Source: Bacteroidota bacterium | GTDB lineage: Bacteria; Bacteroidota; Bacteroidia; Flavobacteriales; Schleiferiaceae | Reading direction: 5' to 3' | DNA length: 37,366 bases | Assembly: GCA_041192685.1 (NCBI GenBank) | Contig: JBEEMM010000001.1 | Location: 1 to 37,366 of the forward strand | Shown here: positions 8,108 through 17,345 of the stretch, piece by piece | How the letters are laid out: each line of letters opens with the position of its first letter | Numbering within the stretch: the first letter of the stretch is position 1 | The notes under the pieces: model-generated | What the model was told of the DNA's origin: nothing | Seen by the model: the letters and a program-made list of their open reading frames with translations, nothing else | The model's database searches: none | Program-made: the position numbers and the translations under genes

Positions 8108-8724
8108 TTGATTTAGATCATTCCTGCTGGCGACCCGCTCAGGGACATGCTCAAAAAGAGCTGTGGTTTTTGCACGGCTACGCAAGCGATGAAAACGATT
8201 TGTTCGGCTTAGCCAGACTGATTCCGAGCGACTGGAATGTGCGCTCCCTCCGTGCACCACGCACCCTACCTACCGGCGGATACGCTTGGTACGACCTGCA
8301 TTTTGATAGTAATGGGGTGCGGCAAGTTGGCATGGATCAGGTTATGGAAAGCCTAACTGAACTTCGGAAGCTTTTAGAACAAGCCACACTTAAACCAATA
8401 TTGTTTGGTTTTTCGCAGGGCGGGATTGTCGCCAATGCCCTTGCGGCTTCGAACCCCGAGCTAATTTCTGGCTGCGTTGCCGTGGCGAGCTACTTTCCGA
8501 GCGATTGGTTTAAAGGGAGTTTGGACTGGAATGCCACCGAATCCCTGGCTCACTTGGCCGTTGTGGGCGACGAAGACGGGGTAATACCCCCCAGCCTTTC
8601 GCTACCCAGCTATTCTGAAGCCAATCAGTCGGGCGCCGGAATCGAGGTTCAGCGATTCCCTATGGGTCATGGAATTGCCCCCGACAGCTGGCAGGCTATT
8701 TCGAGGTGGCTATTGCAGAATTAG
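8104..8724 (+). CDS. Alpha/beta hydrolase, phospholipase/carboxylesterase family
   Basis: 206 aa. Nucleophile elbow GFSQGG and C-terminal His in PMGHGI. TTG start overlaps the upstream stop (TTGA). Confidence 0.78.
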   Translation: MIDLDHSCWRPAQGHAQKELWFLHGYASDENDLFGLARLIPSDWNVRSLRAPRTLPTGGYAWYDLHFDSNGVRQVGMDQVMESLTELRKLLEQATLKPILFGFSQGGIVANALAASNPELISGCVAVASYFPSDWFKGSLDWNATESLAHLAVVGDEDGVIPPSLSLPSYSEANQSGAGIEVQRFPMGHGIAPDSWQAISRWLLQN

Positions 8725-9250
8725 CATCAGACCTCCAGCGAAACCATCCCCAGCAGGCCAGTCCCGCCATTAGGCCGCTGTACATCGCATAAACCCATAA
8801 ACCTCGGTCGGCATAGAGCCAGATTCCAATGCCGTTGAGTGCCAGCCAAAGGGGCCAGTTCCAACGGTCGCGCTGAACTTGCCAAAGGGTGGCTAAAAGT
8901 CCTCCCGAAAACATAACGGCGTCTGCTAGCGGACGGGGATTATCAGTATGCCTTATCATCAAGCAAGCAATCCCAAGGGTTAAACCCAGCGTCAAAAGCA
9001 GAGCAAGAGGACGACTAATTATTGGACCTGAAGCAGACGCAGGACGGCCCCAAGAGAACCAGCCGTAGACAGCAAGCAGTGCGTAGCTCAAGTTTAAAAA
9101 GGATTCCGCATAAAGTTTGGAATCAAAAAGCAGAATTACCGCGAGGGAGGATCCAAAAAATCCAAGAACCCAGGCCCAACGAATGCGCAAAGCCAAGACC
9201 ACGACAAAGCTGAGGTTCAGCAGGGCCGATAGAATTTCAATTACGAACAC
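8696..9250 (-). CDS. pnuC: Nicotinamide riboside transporter PnuC family
   Basis: 184-aa polytopic membrane protein with PnuC-like N-terminus and W-rich motifs (AVYGWFSW, WGWFRW). Confidence 0.8.
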   Translation of the reverse strand: MFVIEILSALLNLSFVVVLALRIRWAWVLGFFGSSLAVILLFDSKLYAESFLNLSYALLAVYGWFSWGRPASASGPIISRPLALLLTLGLTLGIACLMIRHTDNPRPLADAVMFSGGLLATLWQVQRDRWNWPLWLALNGIGIWLYADRGLWVYAMYSGLMAGLACWGWFRWRSDANSAIATSK

Positions 9251-9260
9251 TGGGGCTTTG

Positions 9261-10451
9261 CTAGCCTACATGCTGGCCAACCAGATCGGCAGCCTCCTGA
9301 AGCAATGTGGCAGAATAGACCTTAAGTCCACTTTCTTCAATGAGTTTTTTTGCCTCGGCGGCGTTGGTTCCCTGAAGGCGCACTATGATGGGAACAGGGA
9401 TCTCGCCAATGCTCCGGTAGGCATCAACAATTCCTTGAGCAACCCTATCGCAGCGAACGATTCCACCAAAAATATTCACGAGAATGGCCTTTACATTGGG
9501 ATCCTCGAGGATGATTCTAAAGGCAGTCTCCACTCGCTGTGCGTCTGCCGTTCCGCCCACGTCTAAGAAGTTTGCAGGGTTTCCGCCGGCCATTTTAATG
9601 ATATCCATGGTGGCCATGGCAAGACCCGCCCCGTTGACCATGCAGCCAACATTGCCGTCGAGCTTTACAAAATTTAGTCCCACCTCGGCCGCGCGGACTT
9701 CGGTTGGATCCTCTTCGCGGTGGTCACGAAGTGCCTCAAGGTCAGGATGACGAAACAAGGAGTTGTCGTCGAGAGCGACCTTAGCATCTACCGCCATAAT
9801 CTTATTGTCGCTGGTCTTTAGGACAGGATTAATCTCAAACAAGGCAGCGTCAGCGCCCTCGTAGGCTTTGACCAAACTTTTAACAAAAGCTACCATTTCC
9901 TTAGTGGCTGCTCCGTTTAAGCCCAGGTTGAACGCAATCCGACGCGCCTGAAAATCCTGGAGTCCCACGGAGGGATCAATGTGCTCGGTAAAAATGCGTT
10001 CGGGGTGATTTTCCGCAACCTCCTCGATGTCCATTCCGCCGTCAGGGCTGTACATGATCATTGGGCGACTGGCTGCTCGATCGAGCAAAACAGACATATA
10101 GTATTCCTCCGTAGGTGATTCGCCGGGGTAGTATACGTCTTCTGCAATGAGCACCTGGTGTACCTTCTTGCCTTCTGCCGAAGTTTGGGGCGTAACGAGC
10201 ATCATGCCTAAAATTTGGCTGGATCGTTCGCGCACCTCATCAAGACTCTTGGCAAGCTTCACGCCACCGCCTTTTCCGCGTCCGCCTGCATGAACCTGAG
10301 CCTTAACCACATGCCATGATGTGCCGGTCTGCTCGGTGAGTTTCTTCGCAGCAGCCACCGCCTCGTCGGGTGTTGTGGCTACGATTCCTCGCTGAATGCG
10401 AACCCCATAACTAGCCAAAATTTCTTTGCCTTGGTATTCGTGAAGATTCAT
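9261..10451 (-). CDS. sucC: Succinate--CoA ligase (ADP-forming) beta subunit
   Basis: 396 aa, starting MNLHEYQGKEILASYGV, with the ATP-grasp and CoA-ligase domains conserved end to end. Confidence 0.97.
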   Translation of the reverse strand: MNLHEYQGKEILASYGVRIQRGIVATTPDEAVAAAKKLTEQTGTSWHVVKAQVHAGGRGKGGGVKLAKSLDEVRERSSQILGMMLVTPQTSAEGKKVHQVLIAEDVYYPGESPTEEYYMSVLLDRAASRPMIMYSPDGGMDIEEVAENHPERIFTEHIDPSVGLQDFQARRIAFNLGLNGAATKEMVAFVKSLVKAYEGADAALFEINPVLKTSDNKIMAVDAKVALDDNSLFRHPDLEALRDHREEDPTEVRAAEVGLNFVKLDGNVGCMVNGAGLAMATMDIIKMAGGNPANFLDVGGTADAQRVETAFRIILEDPNVKAILVNIFGGIVRCDRVAQGIVDAYRSIGEIPVPIIVRLQGTNAAEAKKLIEESGLKVYSATLLQEAADLVGQHVG

Positions 10452-10486
10452 AGTTATTGGGATTTAGGGTTCTTTAAAGGACCGCG

Positions 10487-10494
10487 CAAAAGTA
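10487..10494 (-). promoter_or_regulatory. -7 promoter box TACTTTTG for sucC (35 nt before the ATG)
   Basis: Minus strand reads TACTTTTG, an exact match. It is the inverted-repeat partner of the box at 10520-10527. Confidence 0.5.
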
Positions 10495-10519
10495 CGTCTG
10501 AGAGCGCTGATTTCACCCG

Positions 10520-10527
10520 TACTTTTG
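10520..10527 (+). promoter_or_regulatory. -7 promoter box TACTTTTG, 4 nt upstream of ATG 10532
   Basis: Plus strand reads TACTTTTG-agga-ATG, an exact match. Confidence 0.55.
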
Positions 10528-10531
10528 AGGA

Positions 10532-11188
10532 ATGAGCCACTTGATTGAAGCCGAAAACCTGCATAAGAGCTACGGAAGCCTTCAGGTGCTTCAAGGAATT
10601 GATTTTAGCCTGAATTCGTCAGAATTTGTTGCGATTACGGGGGCCAGCGGCTCCGGTAAATCTACCCTTCTTCATCTTTTAGCAGGTCTTGATAAACCAG
10701 ACCAGGGACAACTTGCATTTGAGGGATTGCCTTATCCGCAATCCGGCAAGGCCCTTGACCTGTTTCGCAACCAGAGCCTTGGGCTTGTCTTTCAGTTTCA
10801 CCACTTGATGCCTGAACTCACAGCCCTTGAGAACATCCTACTCCCGGCAATGATTGCGGGTAATTATGGTAAAAACCCTGAAGATCAGGCTCGAGCAATT
10901 GCCGAACGCCTCGACGTGGCCGACCGATTGAACCACCGCCCCGACGAACTTAGCGGGGGTGAGCAGCAGCGAATCGCCATTGCCCGGGCGCTCATCAATC
11001 AACCCAAAGTGCTTCTTGCAGACGAACCTTCGGGCAATTTGGATCGCGGTCGGTCGGAGGAACTCTACCGGCTTCTCGACGAGTGCCGCAAAGTCTGGAA
11101 CGTTGCCATTGTTGTGGCCACCCATTCCGACTGGCTCGCAGGCAAGGCAGACCGACGCCTGCACCTGCAGGACGGGCAATGGACGTAG
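10532..11188 (+). CDS. ABC transporter ATP-binding protein, LolD/MacB-like subfamily
   Basis: 218 aa. Walker A GASGSGKST, signature LSGGEQQR and Walker B LLADEP. Confidence 0.9.
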   Translation: MSHLIEAENLHKSYGSLQVLQGIDFSLNSSEFVAITGASGSGKSTLLHLLAGLDKPDQGQLAFEGLPYPQSGKALDLFRNQSLGLVFQFHHLMPELTALENILLPAMIAGNYGKNPEDQARAIAERLDVADRLNHRPDELSGGEQQRIAIARALINQPKVLLADEPSGNLDRGRSEELYRLLDECRKVWNVAIVVATHSDWLAGKADRRLHLQDGQWT

Positions 11189-11949
11189 CTGACCTTCTCT
11201 TGTCTTGGGCGGACCGTGTAGAACGCCCTGATTTTGTAGCCTTGGACCCGATTTCTCTGCCTCGTAGGTTCATGGACGACCCCCAAAGTGCCGAATTAGT
11301 GGGATTTATGGCTGCTACCATTGCCTGGGGGTCGAGGACATCCATCATTGCTTCGGCAGAAAGAGCGGTTGGCGAAATGGGCGATCGGCCCGCGCAATGG
11401 CTCATCGAGGCCGACGAATCCGACCTCAAGCAACTGCCATGGCGGCACCGAACCCTACTGGCTGAAGATTCCGCTCTAATATTGACTGGGCTGCAAGCAG
11501 CGCTTCGCAAAAGGGGCTCGCTGGCGGGCTTATTTGCCCTGAAACCCGACGAAACCGATTTTGGTCCTGCCATTGATCGCGCCCGGATCGAGTTGCTTGG
11601 CGATGCCATAACCACCCGTACCGCAAAGCATATTGCCAGTCCTGCTGCGGGCTCTGCGGCAAAACGACTTCATTTGTTTTTGCGCTGGATGGTTCGCCCC
11701 AACCGACGCGGTGTCGATCTGGGGATTTGGTCCCACCTGCCAAAGTCTGCCCTGAGCTGCCCCTTGGATGTTCACAGCGGTAGAGTCGCGCGCGGAATTG
11801 GACTGCTGCAGCGCAAGCAAAACGACGCCCTGGCCGTCAAGGAACTCGACCAAGCCCTTCGCCTTATTGACCCCGAAGACCCAGCCCGGCTGGATTATGC
11901 GCTTTTTGGACTGGGAATTGAGGCTGGTGAACTTTGGCGCAACTACTAA
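11179..11949 (+). CDS. TIGR02757/DUF2400 family protein
   Basis: Start moved from 11083 to ATG 11179 (MDVADLLLSWADRV...), overlapping the ABC ATPase stop by 10 nt. The sequence resembles the conserved Bacteroidota protein that follows this ATPase. The upstream 32 codons are Arg/Pro/Cys-rich out-of-frame read-through of the ATPase gene. Confidence 0.7.
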   Translation: MDVADLLLSWADRVERPDFVALDPISLPRRFMDDPQSAELVGFMAATIAWGSRTSIIASAERAVGEMGDRPAQWLIEADESDLKQLPWRHRTLLAEDSALILTGLQAALRKRGSLAGLFALKPDETDFGPAIDRARIELLGDAITTRTAKHIASPAAGSAAKRLHLFLRWMVRPNRRGVDLGIWSHLPKSALSCPLDVHSGRVARGIGLLQRKQNDALAVKELDQALRLIDPEDPARLDYALFGLGIEAGELWRNY

Positions 11950-11983
11950 AACCAGAATAGCCCGTCGCTGCAAAAGCACATGC

Positions 11984-13864
11984 TCAAAGGATCAGGACCT
12001 CGGTGCGTCGGTTTCGCGCCCTACCCTGCTCCGTTTGGTTTGATTCAAGTGGTTTGCTTAGGCCATAACCTTTGAATTCCAATTGATTGCTATCAACTCC
12101 CTCATTAATAAGTTCAAGAACTACTCCCTTGGCACGGCGCTCCGACAAATCAAGATTGTAGGCTGGGCTGCCCACATTGTCGGTATGCCCCTCGATGCAA
12201 ACCCTAACCTTGGAATTGGCCTTGAGCCATGCAACCAAACTGAGCAACTCTGGCCGCGATTGGGGCAGAAGCACCTCGGAATCCGTAGCAAAATATAGGT
12301 TTTCAAGCCTTGTGCGCTGGCCCGACTCAATGGGCAGCAGCCAAAGGGTATCCATTTGGGAATCCTTGAAGCGTTCGGTTAAAACCCTGCGCTCGCTCAG
12401 CATTTGGTAGCCCGCTGCCTGTATTTGAAATCCGCGCGGACTTCCCTCGACCAGCGCCACTTGATAGCTTGGGCCCTGGTGGTCGACCACACTTGACTGT
12501 TTTGGGTCTGAAATCTTCCACTTTGCATCGGAAACCAGGCTTCCCTTGGCTCGGTCGGCAACCCAGACCGTCCACCAGAGAATTGGACTGGGTTGGTAGG
12601 CCTCGGGCAGCGAGAGCTGGTATAAATCAACCCGGCCAGCGCCTTCACCAAGGAGTCCGCCGCGTGCAAAAAAAGCCTCTTTGCCGTCGGGACGGACCAC
12701 CAAACCAAAATTGTCAAGGTGGTCATTCAACGGAGGCGGGAGGTGCTGGGGCTCAGACCAAGTGCTGTCTGAAGTTCTCCGGCTCAGGTATAAGTCCAAT
12801 CCGCCCATACCCTCCCGACCGCTGGAGGCGAAATAGAGGGTATTGCCGTCGGCATGCAAAAACGGGGTAGACTCTGCGCCAATGGAGTTAATAGGTGCGG
12901 GCAAGGGCGCAACCTGGGTCCACCGTCCGTCGCGCAACCGGGCATGCCAAATATTGGCGGTTCCGTCGCCTTGACGCGATTCCCGTACAAAAAAAAGCTC
13001 TCGACCGTCCGCCGAAAGGCAGGGCTGTGATTCCCATTGGCCCGTGTTGATAGCCGGGCCGGCATTTTGCGCTTCGGACCAGCTGCCGTCCGGGCGCAGA
13101 AAAGAAAAATAGACATCGCAGGACCCGTAGCCTTCTTCTCGCTCGCAGGCTGCAAAAGCCATCATTTTTTGATCGCCCCGAATGCTGACCGCCCCTTCGT
13201 TCCCTATGGTGTTGAGTCCGCCGGGGAGCGCAAAGGCCTTGGACCAAGTGCCCTCAATCCTCCGGCTAGCCATAATTACTTCATCACCGCGCGCACTGGG
13301 CTGCCGAGCGGTGAAGTAAAGGCTTGCGTTGTCGCCCGAAATGCTCGGGAAGTAGTTCATTTCAAGCTGGTTCACCGAATCATTAAGCCTAGAAAAGGCG
13401 TATTCACCAGGGCGGAGCAATGCCTTTTGGGCAAATCTGGCCGAGGCTCTAATCCGTTCCGCCTCTTGACGCTGCGCGGAGGGTGTTTTAGGGAGCGCTA
13501 AATATGCAGTGGCTGCAGAATCCGCGTGAACGTACCATCCCTGAAGCATGGCATTGGTCGTCCAGCGAAACATGGCTTGACGTTCTGCGCCTGCGGCAGC
13601 TCCGCGCTCAAAGGCATCGCGAGCCTTTTGATCGTCGAGCGGCTCAAAGGCAGAATAAGCTTCACCCAAGGTAACCCATGCGGCAGCATAGTCGGGATTC
13701 GAGGAGAGCAGCTTCTCGAGCTGAGTACGCGCTTTTTGAACCTGGGGAGGCTTTGACCGCAGCAACTCCATTGCCTTCTGAAAACGAAGGACTTCAGCCT
13801 TGGACTGCGCAAGGAGAAGTACCGGGAAACCCAGCACTGCCAAGAGAAAAATCCGCCTAAGCAT
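11984..13864 (-). CDS. OmpA-family outer-membrane/peptidoglycan-associated protein with TPR and TolB-like (PD40) beta-propeller repeats
   Basis: Start set at ATG 13864 (MLRRIFLLAVLGFPVLLLAQ signal peptide). Repeated ...FSxDGxxLYF... PD40-like units and a C-terminal OmpA domain (IEGHTDNVGSPAYNLDLSERRA...NRRTEV). Confidence 0.88.
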   Translation of the reverse strand: MLRRIFLLAVLGFPVLLLAQSKAEVLRFQKAMELLRSKPPQVQKARTQLEKLLSSNPDYAAAWVTLGEAYSAFEPLDDQKARDAFERGAAAGAERQAMFRWTTNAMLQGWYVHADSAATAYLALPKTPSAQRQEAERIRASARFAQKALLRPGEYAFSRLNDSVNQLEMNYFPSISGDNASLYFTARQPSARGDEVIMASRRIEGTWSKAFALPGGLNTIGNEGAVSIRGDQKMMAFAACEREEGYGSCDVYFSFLRPDGSWSEAQNAGPAINTGQWESQPCLSADGRELFFVRESRQGDGTANIWHARLRDGRWTQVAPLPAPINSIGAESTPFLHADGNTLYFASSGREGMGGLDLYLSRRTSDSTWSEPQHLPPPLNDHLDNFGLVVRPDGKEAFFARGGLLGEGAGRVDLYQLSLPEAYQPSPILWWTVWVADRAKGSLVSDAKWKISDPKQSSVVDHQGPSYQVALVEGSPRGFQIQAAGYQMLSERRVLTERFKDSQMDTLWLLPIESGQRTRLENLYFATDSEVLLPQSRPELLSLVAWLKANSKVRVCIEGHTDNVGSPAYNLDLSERRAKGVVLELINEGVDSNQLEFKGYGLSKPLESNQTEQGRARNRRTEVLIL

Positions 13865-13890
13865 AGGCTGCAAGGTACGCGCAGAGCACC

Positions 13891-13898
13891 TACCTTTG
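13891..13898 (+). promoter_or_regulatory. -7 promoter box TACCTTTG upstream of fur
   Basis: Exact TAnnTTTG match, 4 nt before TTG 13903 and 19 nt before ATG 13918. Confidence 0.5.
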
Positions 13899-13917
13899 GT
13901 TTTTGGCCTATACCTCA

Positions 13918-14358
13918 ATGTCTGAAACGCAATTAGATCGTGTACGCGACGTGTTCACCCGCTACCTCAAGGAGCGCGGTCAACGCAAAACACCGGAACG
14001 CTATGCGATTTTAAGCGAGGTGTATGCCGAGGCTGGGCACTTTGACGTAGAAACGCTGTATTCGGGCATGAAGGCCAAGAACTACCACGTGAGCAGGGCC
14101 ACGCTCTACAATACTCTAGACCTTCTTGTGGAATGCGGCTTGGTGCGGCGCCACCAGTTCGCGACCAACCAGGCGCACTACGAGAAATCCTACTTTAACC
14201 GCCAGCACGACCACCTTTTAATGGTCGATAACGGTGAGGTCATCGAGTTCTGCGATCCACGAATCCAGCAAATTAAGGCCAGTATTGCCGAGCTCTTTGG
14301 AGTGGAGGTTACCGGGCACCAACTATACATCTACGCTAAATCCAAAAACATACAATGA
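13918..14358 (+). CDS. fur: Fur-family transcriptional regulator
   Basis: ...RKTPERYAILSEVYAEAGHFDVETLY...HVSRATLYNTLDLLVECGLV is a Fur winged-helix domain. The ATG at 13918 is preferred over the TTG at 13903 used by the ORF track, but the start is unresolved. The stop overlaps the purA start (ATGA). Confidence 0.85.
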   Translation: MSETQLDRVRDVFTRYLKERGQRKTPERYAILSEVYAEAGHFDVETLYSGMKAKNYHVSRATLYNTLDLLVECGLVRRHQFATNQAHYEKSYFNRQHDHLLMVDNGEVIEFCDPRIQQIKASIAELFGVEVTGHQLYIYAKSKNIQ

Positions 14359-15626
14359 AGGGTGCTGACATACTCCTTGGCCTGCAGTGGGGCGACGAGG
14401 GCAAAGGTAAAATTGTGGACGTCCTTACCAGGGACTATGATGTGGTTGCGCGCTTTCAGGGCGGACCCAATGCAGGACACACCCTTGAATTCAACGGGAT
14501 TAAGCATGTACTTCACACGATTCCCAGCGGAATTTTTCATCCGAAGGCCATCAATATCGTGGGCAACGGTGTCGTCATCGACCCCGTAGTGTTCATGCGT
14601 GAGATCGATAAACTCATACCCTTCGGAGTCTCTTTTGCGGACTGCTTAAGGATTTCGCGCAAGGCTCACCTTATTCTTCCTACGCACCGCCTGCTGGATG
14701 CGGCATCGGAGGCTGCCAAAGGGAAAAACAAGATTGGTTCCACCCTCAAGGGCATTGGTCCGTCCTACATGGATAAAACTGGGCGAAACGGACTTCGCGT
14801 TGGAGACATTGAGCTGCCTGACTTCTCAGAGCGCTACCAAGCCCTCAAAGACAAGCACCTTCAAATGCTCGAAGGTGCGACCCTAGCTTTTGAACTTGAC
14901 GAAGCCGAAGCGGAATGGCATGCAGCCATTGCCAGATTGCTTGAGCTTCCGCTAGCTGATACCGACATTCTGATTCAAGAGGCCTACCGCGCGGGCAAGC
15001 GAATTTTGGCCGAAGGCGCGCAGGGCACTATGCTCGACATCGACTTTGGAACCTACCCCTTTGTAACCTCCTCCACCACGACCGCTGCAGGTGCATGCAC
15101 GGGCTTGGGTTTGGCGCCCAACCGCATCGGCGAAGTCATTGGAATTTTTAAGGCCTACTGCACCCGCGTGGGCAGCGGTCCCTTCCCTACCGAATTGGAC
15201 GACGAGTTGGGAGAAAAAATCCGCCAAATTGGACGAGAGTTTGGCTCGACAACTGGCCGGCCGCGCCGCACGGGCTGGCTTGATTTAGTGGCTCTTAAGT
15301 ACGCTGTTGAAGTGAACGGGGTAACGCAACTCATGATGATGAAGGCTGACGTGCTCAGCGGGCTCGACAGCCTCGAGGTCTGTACCTCCTACCGATACCG
15401 CGGCGAAGAGGTAGACCACCTTCCCTACCGACTTGATGCACAGCTTCTTGAGCCGGTCTACCAAAGCCTCCCGGGCTGGAGCGAAGACTTGACGGGGGTG
15501 CGAAAAACAACGGATCTCCCTGATACCCTAACGTCCTATGTGCGTTTTATCGAGGATTTCACGGGAGTTCCGGTGGTCTTGGTCTCGGTTGGCCCCGACC
15601 GCGAGCAAACCCTATGGCGACGCTAG
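14355..15626 (+). CDS. purA: Adenylosuccinate synthase
   Basis: 423 aa. QWGDEGKGK P-loop, GGPNAGHT and GIGPSY motifs. Confidence 0.98.
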   Translation: MKGADILLGLQWGDEGKGKIVDVLTRDYDVVARFQGGPNAGHTLEFNGIKHVLHTIPSGIFHPKAINIVGNGVVIDPVVFMREIDKLIPFGVSFADCLRISRKAHLILPTHRLLDAASEAAKGKNKIGSTLKGIGPSYMDKTGRNGLRVGDIELPDFSERYQALKDKHLQMLEGATLAFELDEAEAEWHAAIARLLELPLADTDILIQEAYRAGKRILAEGAQGTMLDIDFGTYPFVTSSTTTAAGACTGLGLAPNRIGEVIGIFKAYCTRVGSGPFPTELDDELGEKIRQIGREFGSTTGRPRRTGWLDLVALKYAVEVNGVTQLMMMKADVLSGLDSLEVCTSYRYRGEEVDHLPYRLDAQLLEPVYQSLPGWSEDLTGVRKTTDLPDTLTSYVRFIEDFTGVPVVLVSVGPDREQTLWRR

Positions 15627-16969
15627 GCAGAACCAAGCTTACTTCGCTCGCGCTGCTGCTTGCAGGCATGCTCGGCGCACAAACGATACAGCTCAAGCAG
15701 GCCGACCGATTCACCGTGGTGAATTTAGACGGTCGCAGTGTGACCAAACTGCGCGGCCGCGTCAAGCTCGCGAGCGCCGAAGGGGTCTTTACCTGCGACA
15801 GCGCCGACTGGTACCGGGGTGAGAACCGTCTTTTTGCCTACCACAACGTGCGCTTTGCCGGCCGTGAAGGCCTAGTAATTCGGTCTCGAGTCTTGGAATA
15901 CCTCAATGGCGAGAGCTACTTCTCGGGCGGAGTTACGGTTTCAGACGGCGATCAAAGCCTGAAAACCTCGAGCCTGCGCTACAGTACGTCAACCAAAAAA
16001 GGGATTTTTAGCCAGCGTGCAGAACTCAGCACCAAAGACGGCAATCTGACTTGCCGACGCGGAGATTTCAATGGAGGCAGCTATCGATTTTTGGGTGATG
16101 TTCGATGGACCGGCGACAACGACCGGCTTTACAGCGAACAAATGGACTACCGATCGGAGCAGGGAAGTGTGCAATTACCCCTTGGGGGGTCCGGTCGCTT
16201 CGATCAGGATTCCCTAGTATTTGGCGGCGGAACCCTAAATCTGAGGGGATCCCGATACTTTGATTTTAACAATGGCGTGCAAGGCTGGGGGCCGTCTCGG
16301 CAGTTTAGGGCTGACCGGTTCCAAAGATGGTCTGACGCCGATCGATCGGAATGGACAGGGTCGGCCTACCTCGCCGACTGGGAAGGCGACAGTACCGAGC
16401 TATGGGCGGACATGCTTACCACAACCCCCGACAGCATTAATGCCCGCGGAAACGCTTCGGTTGCCATGCCTTCATGGAGCGGTCGGGCAGAGCGCTGGCG
16501 CGGCCACCGCAGGGATTCCATCTTTCTTCTCGAGGGAAGCCCCGTAGTCTGGAGCGAAGATTACCAAATCATTGCAAAGCAATTCACCCTGAGCCAAATG
16601 GGTCCAGGCGACAGCCTCTGGGCGAATGAGGGCGTGCATCTGGGCGAAGCGTCAGACAGCAGCGGCCGCTGCAACCAAATGGCGGCAGAATCCATGCGTG
16701 CGCGAATTTTAAAGGGCAAAATGCAGCGCATGGATCTAGAAACCAACGCCGAGGCCCTTTTCTACCCCGAGGATGGGCCTGCCAGCCGCATGAAGTCAGG
16801 GAGAATCGAACTTTGGTTTAAATCCGAGGGTGGCATCGACGAACTTCGTTTTTATCCGAGTCCCAGCGGGAGTGCCGTCAACGAAACGGCACCCAGCTAT
16901 TTGCCGGGTTATGCCGATCGTTGGGGTGAGCGTCCGTCCAGAACAGCGGCGATGTCTGGCCTAAAGTAG
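15614..16969 (+). CDS. OstA/LptA-like repeat protein (secreted)
   Basis: 451 aa. Signal peptide, then repeated OstA-like beta-jellyroll segments (ADRFTV...LRGRVKL...FTCDSADWY...). The start overlaps the purA end by 13 nt. Confidence 0.6.
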   Translation: MATLGRTKLTSLALLLAGMLGAQTIQLKQADRFTVVNLDGRSVTKLRGRVKLASAEGVFTCDSADWYRGENRLFAYHNVRFAGREGLVIRSRVLEYLNGESYFSGGVTVSDGDQSLKTSSLRYSTSTKKGIFSQRAELSTKDGNLTCRRGDFNGGSYRFLGDVRWTGDNDRLYSEQMDYRSEQGSVQLPLGGSGRFDQDSLVFGGGTLNLRGSRYFDFNNGVQGWGPSRQFRADRFQRWSDADRSEWTGSAYLADWEGDSTELWADMLTTTPDSINARGNASVAMPSWSGRAERWRGHRRDSIFLLEGSPVVWSEDYQIIAKQFTLSQMGPGDSLWANEGVHLGEASDSSGRCNQMAAESMRARILKGKMQRMDLETNAEALFYPEDGPASRMKSGRIELWFKSEGGIDELRFYPSPSGSAVNETAPSYLPGYADRWGERPSRTAAMSGLK

Positions 16970-17316
16970 TTCGGGCCCTTCATAACCTTGCCGTCTTCGC
17001 GGTACAAGGGTTGGCCGTCAGCCCCCAGCTTACTGAGGTTGCTGCGGTGAATCTCTCGAAACACCTCTTCAATAAGGTCCTGCATGCCGTGGGTGATAAT
17101 GGTTCCGCACAAAATATAAAGCTGGTCCCCTAATGCGTCGGCTATCTCTACCCGATTGCCAGCGCGCGCAGCGTCGAGGTATTCCTCATTTTCCTCAGCC
17201 ATTAGTCGGTGGCGAAGGGCCACTAAATCCTCGCTGGGCATGGTCAAAGGCGCATCCTGCATGGGTACGCGGTAGGTGCGGTGAAATTCAGAAACAGAAT
17301 CAAGTAACTCCTTCAT
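16909..17316 (-). CDS. MazG-like all-alpha nucleoside triphosphate pyrophosphohydrolase family protein
   Basis: LRHRLMAEENEEYLDA...EIADALGDQLYILCGT contains the EExxE...D metal-binding pattern of MazG-like NTP-PPases. ATG 17316 (MKELLDSV...) is preferred to the TTG at 17346. Confidence 0.7.
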   Translation of the reverse strand: MKELLDSVSEFHRTYRVPMQDAPLTMPSEDLVALRHRLMAEENEEYLDAARAGNRVEIADALGDQLYILCGTIITHGMQDLIEEVFREIHRSNLSKLGADGQPLYREDGKVMKGPNYFRPDIAAVLDGRSPQRSA

Positions 17317-17323
17317 TTGGCTG

Positions 17324-17331
17324 TATTTTTG
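17324..17331 (+). promoter_or_regulatory. -7 promoter box TATTTTTG, 14 nt upstream of ATG 17346
   Basis: Exact TAnnTTTG match in the 29-nt divergent spacer. Confidence 0.45.
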
Positions 17332-17345
17332 GTTGAAATTACGCA

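Noticed and set aside
10995-11979. Long antisense ORFs (10995-11615, 11426-11743 and 11530-11979, all minus strand) opposite the ABC ATPase and TIGR02757-family genes.
   Set aside because: They are Arg/Ser/Ala/Pro-rich, low-complexity shadow ORFs typical of GC-rich coding DNA. They have no recognisable domains, and the sense-strand genes have clear homology.
12083-13860. A cluster of 60-154-aa ORFs on both strands within the ompA-family gene (for example 12397-12726, 12469-12870, 12784-13247 and 13037-13501).
   Set aside because: All are nested in or antisense to a 626-aa gene with signal peptide, PD40-like repeats and an OmpA domain. Their composition is Arg/Pro/Gly-rich and non-protein-like.
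13903-13917. TTG at 13903 as the fur start. It would sit 4 nt after the -7 box, like the leaderless genes.
   Set aside because: Not firmly rejected. Leaderless initiation normally needs AUG and an ATG follows at 13918, so I list 13918 and leave the 5 extra codons unresolved.
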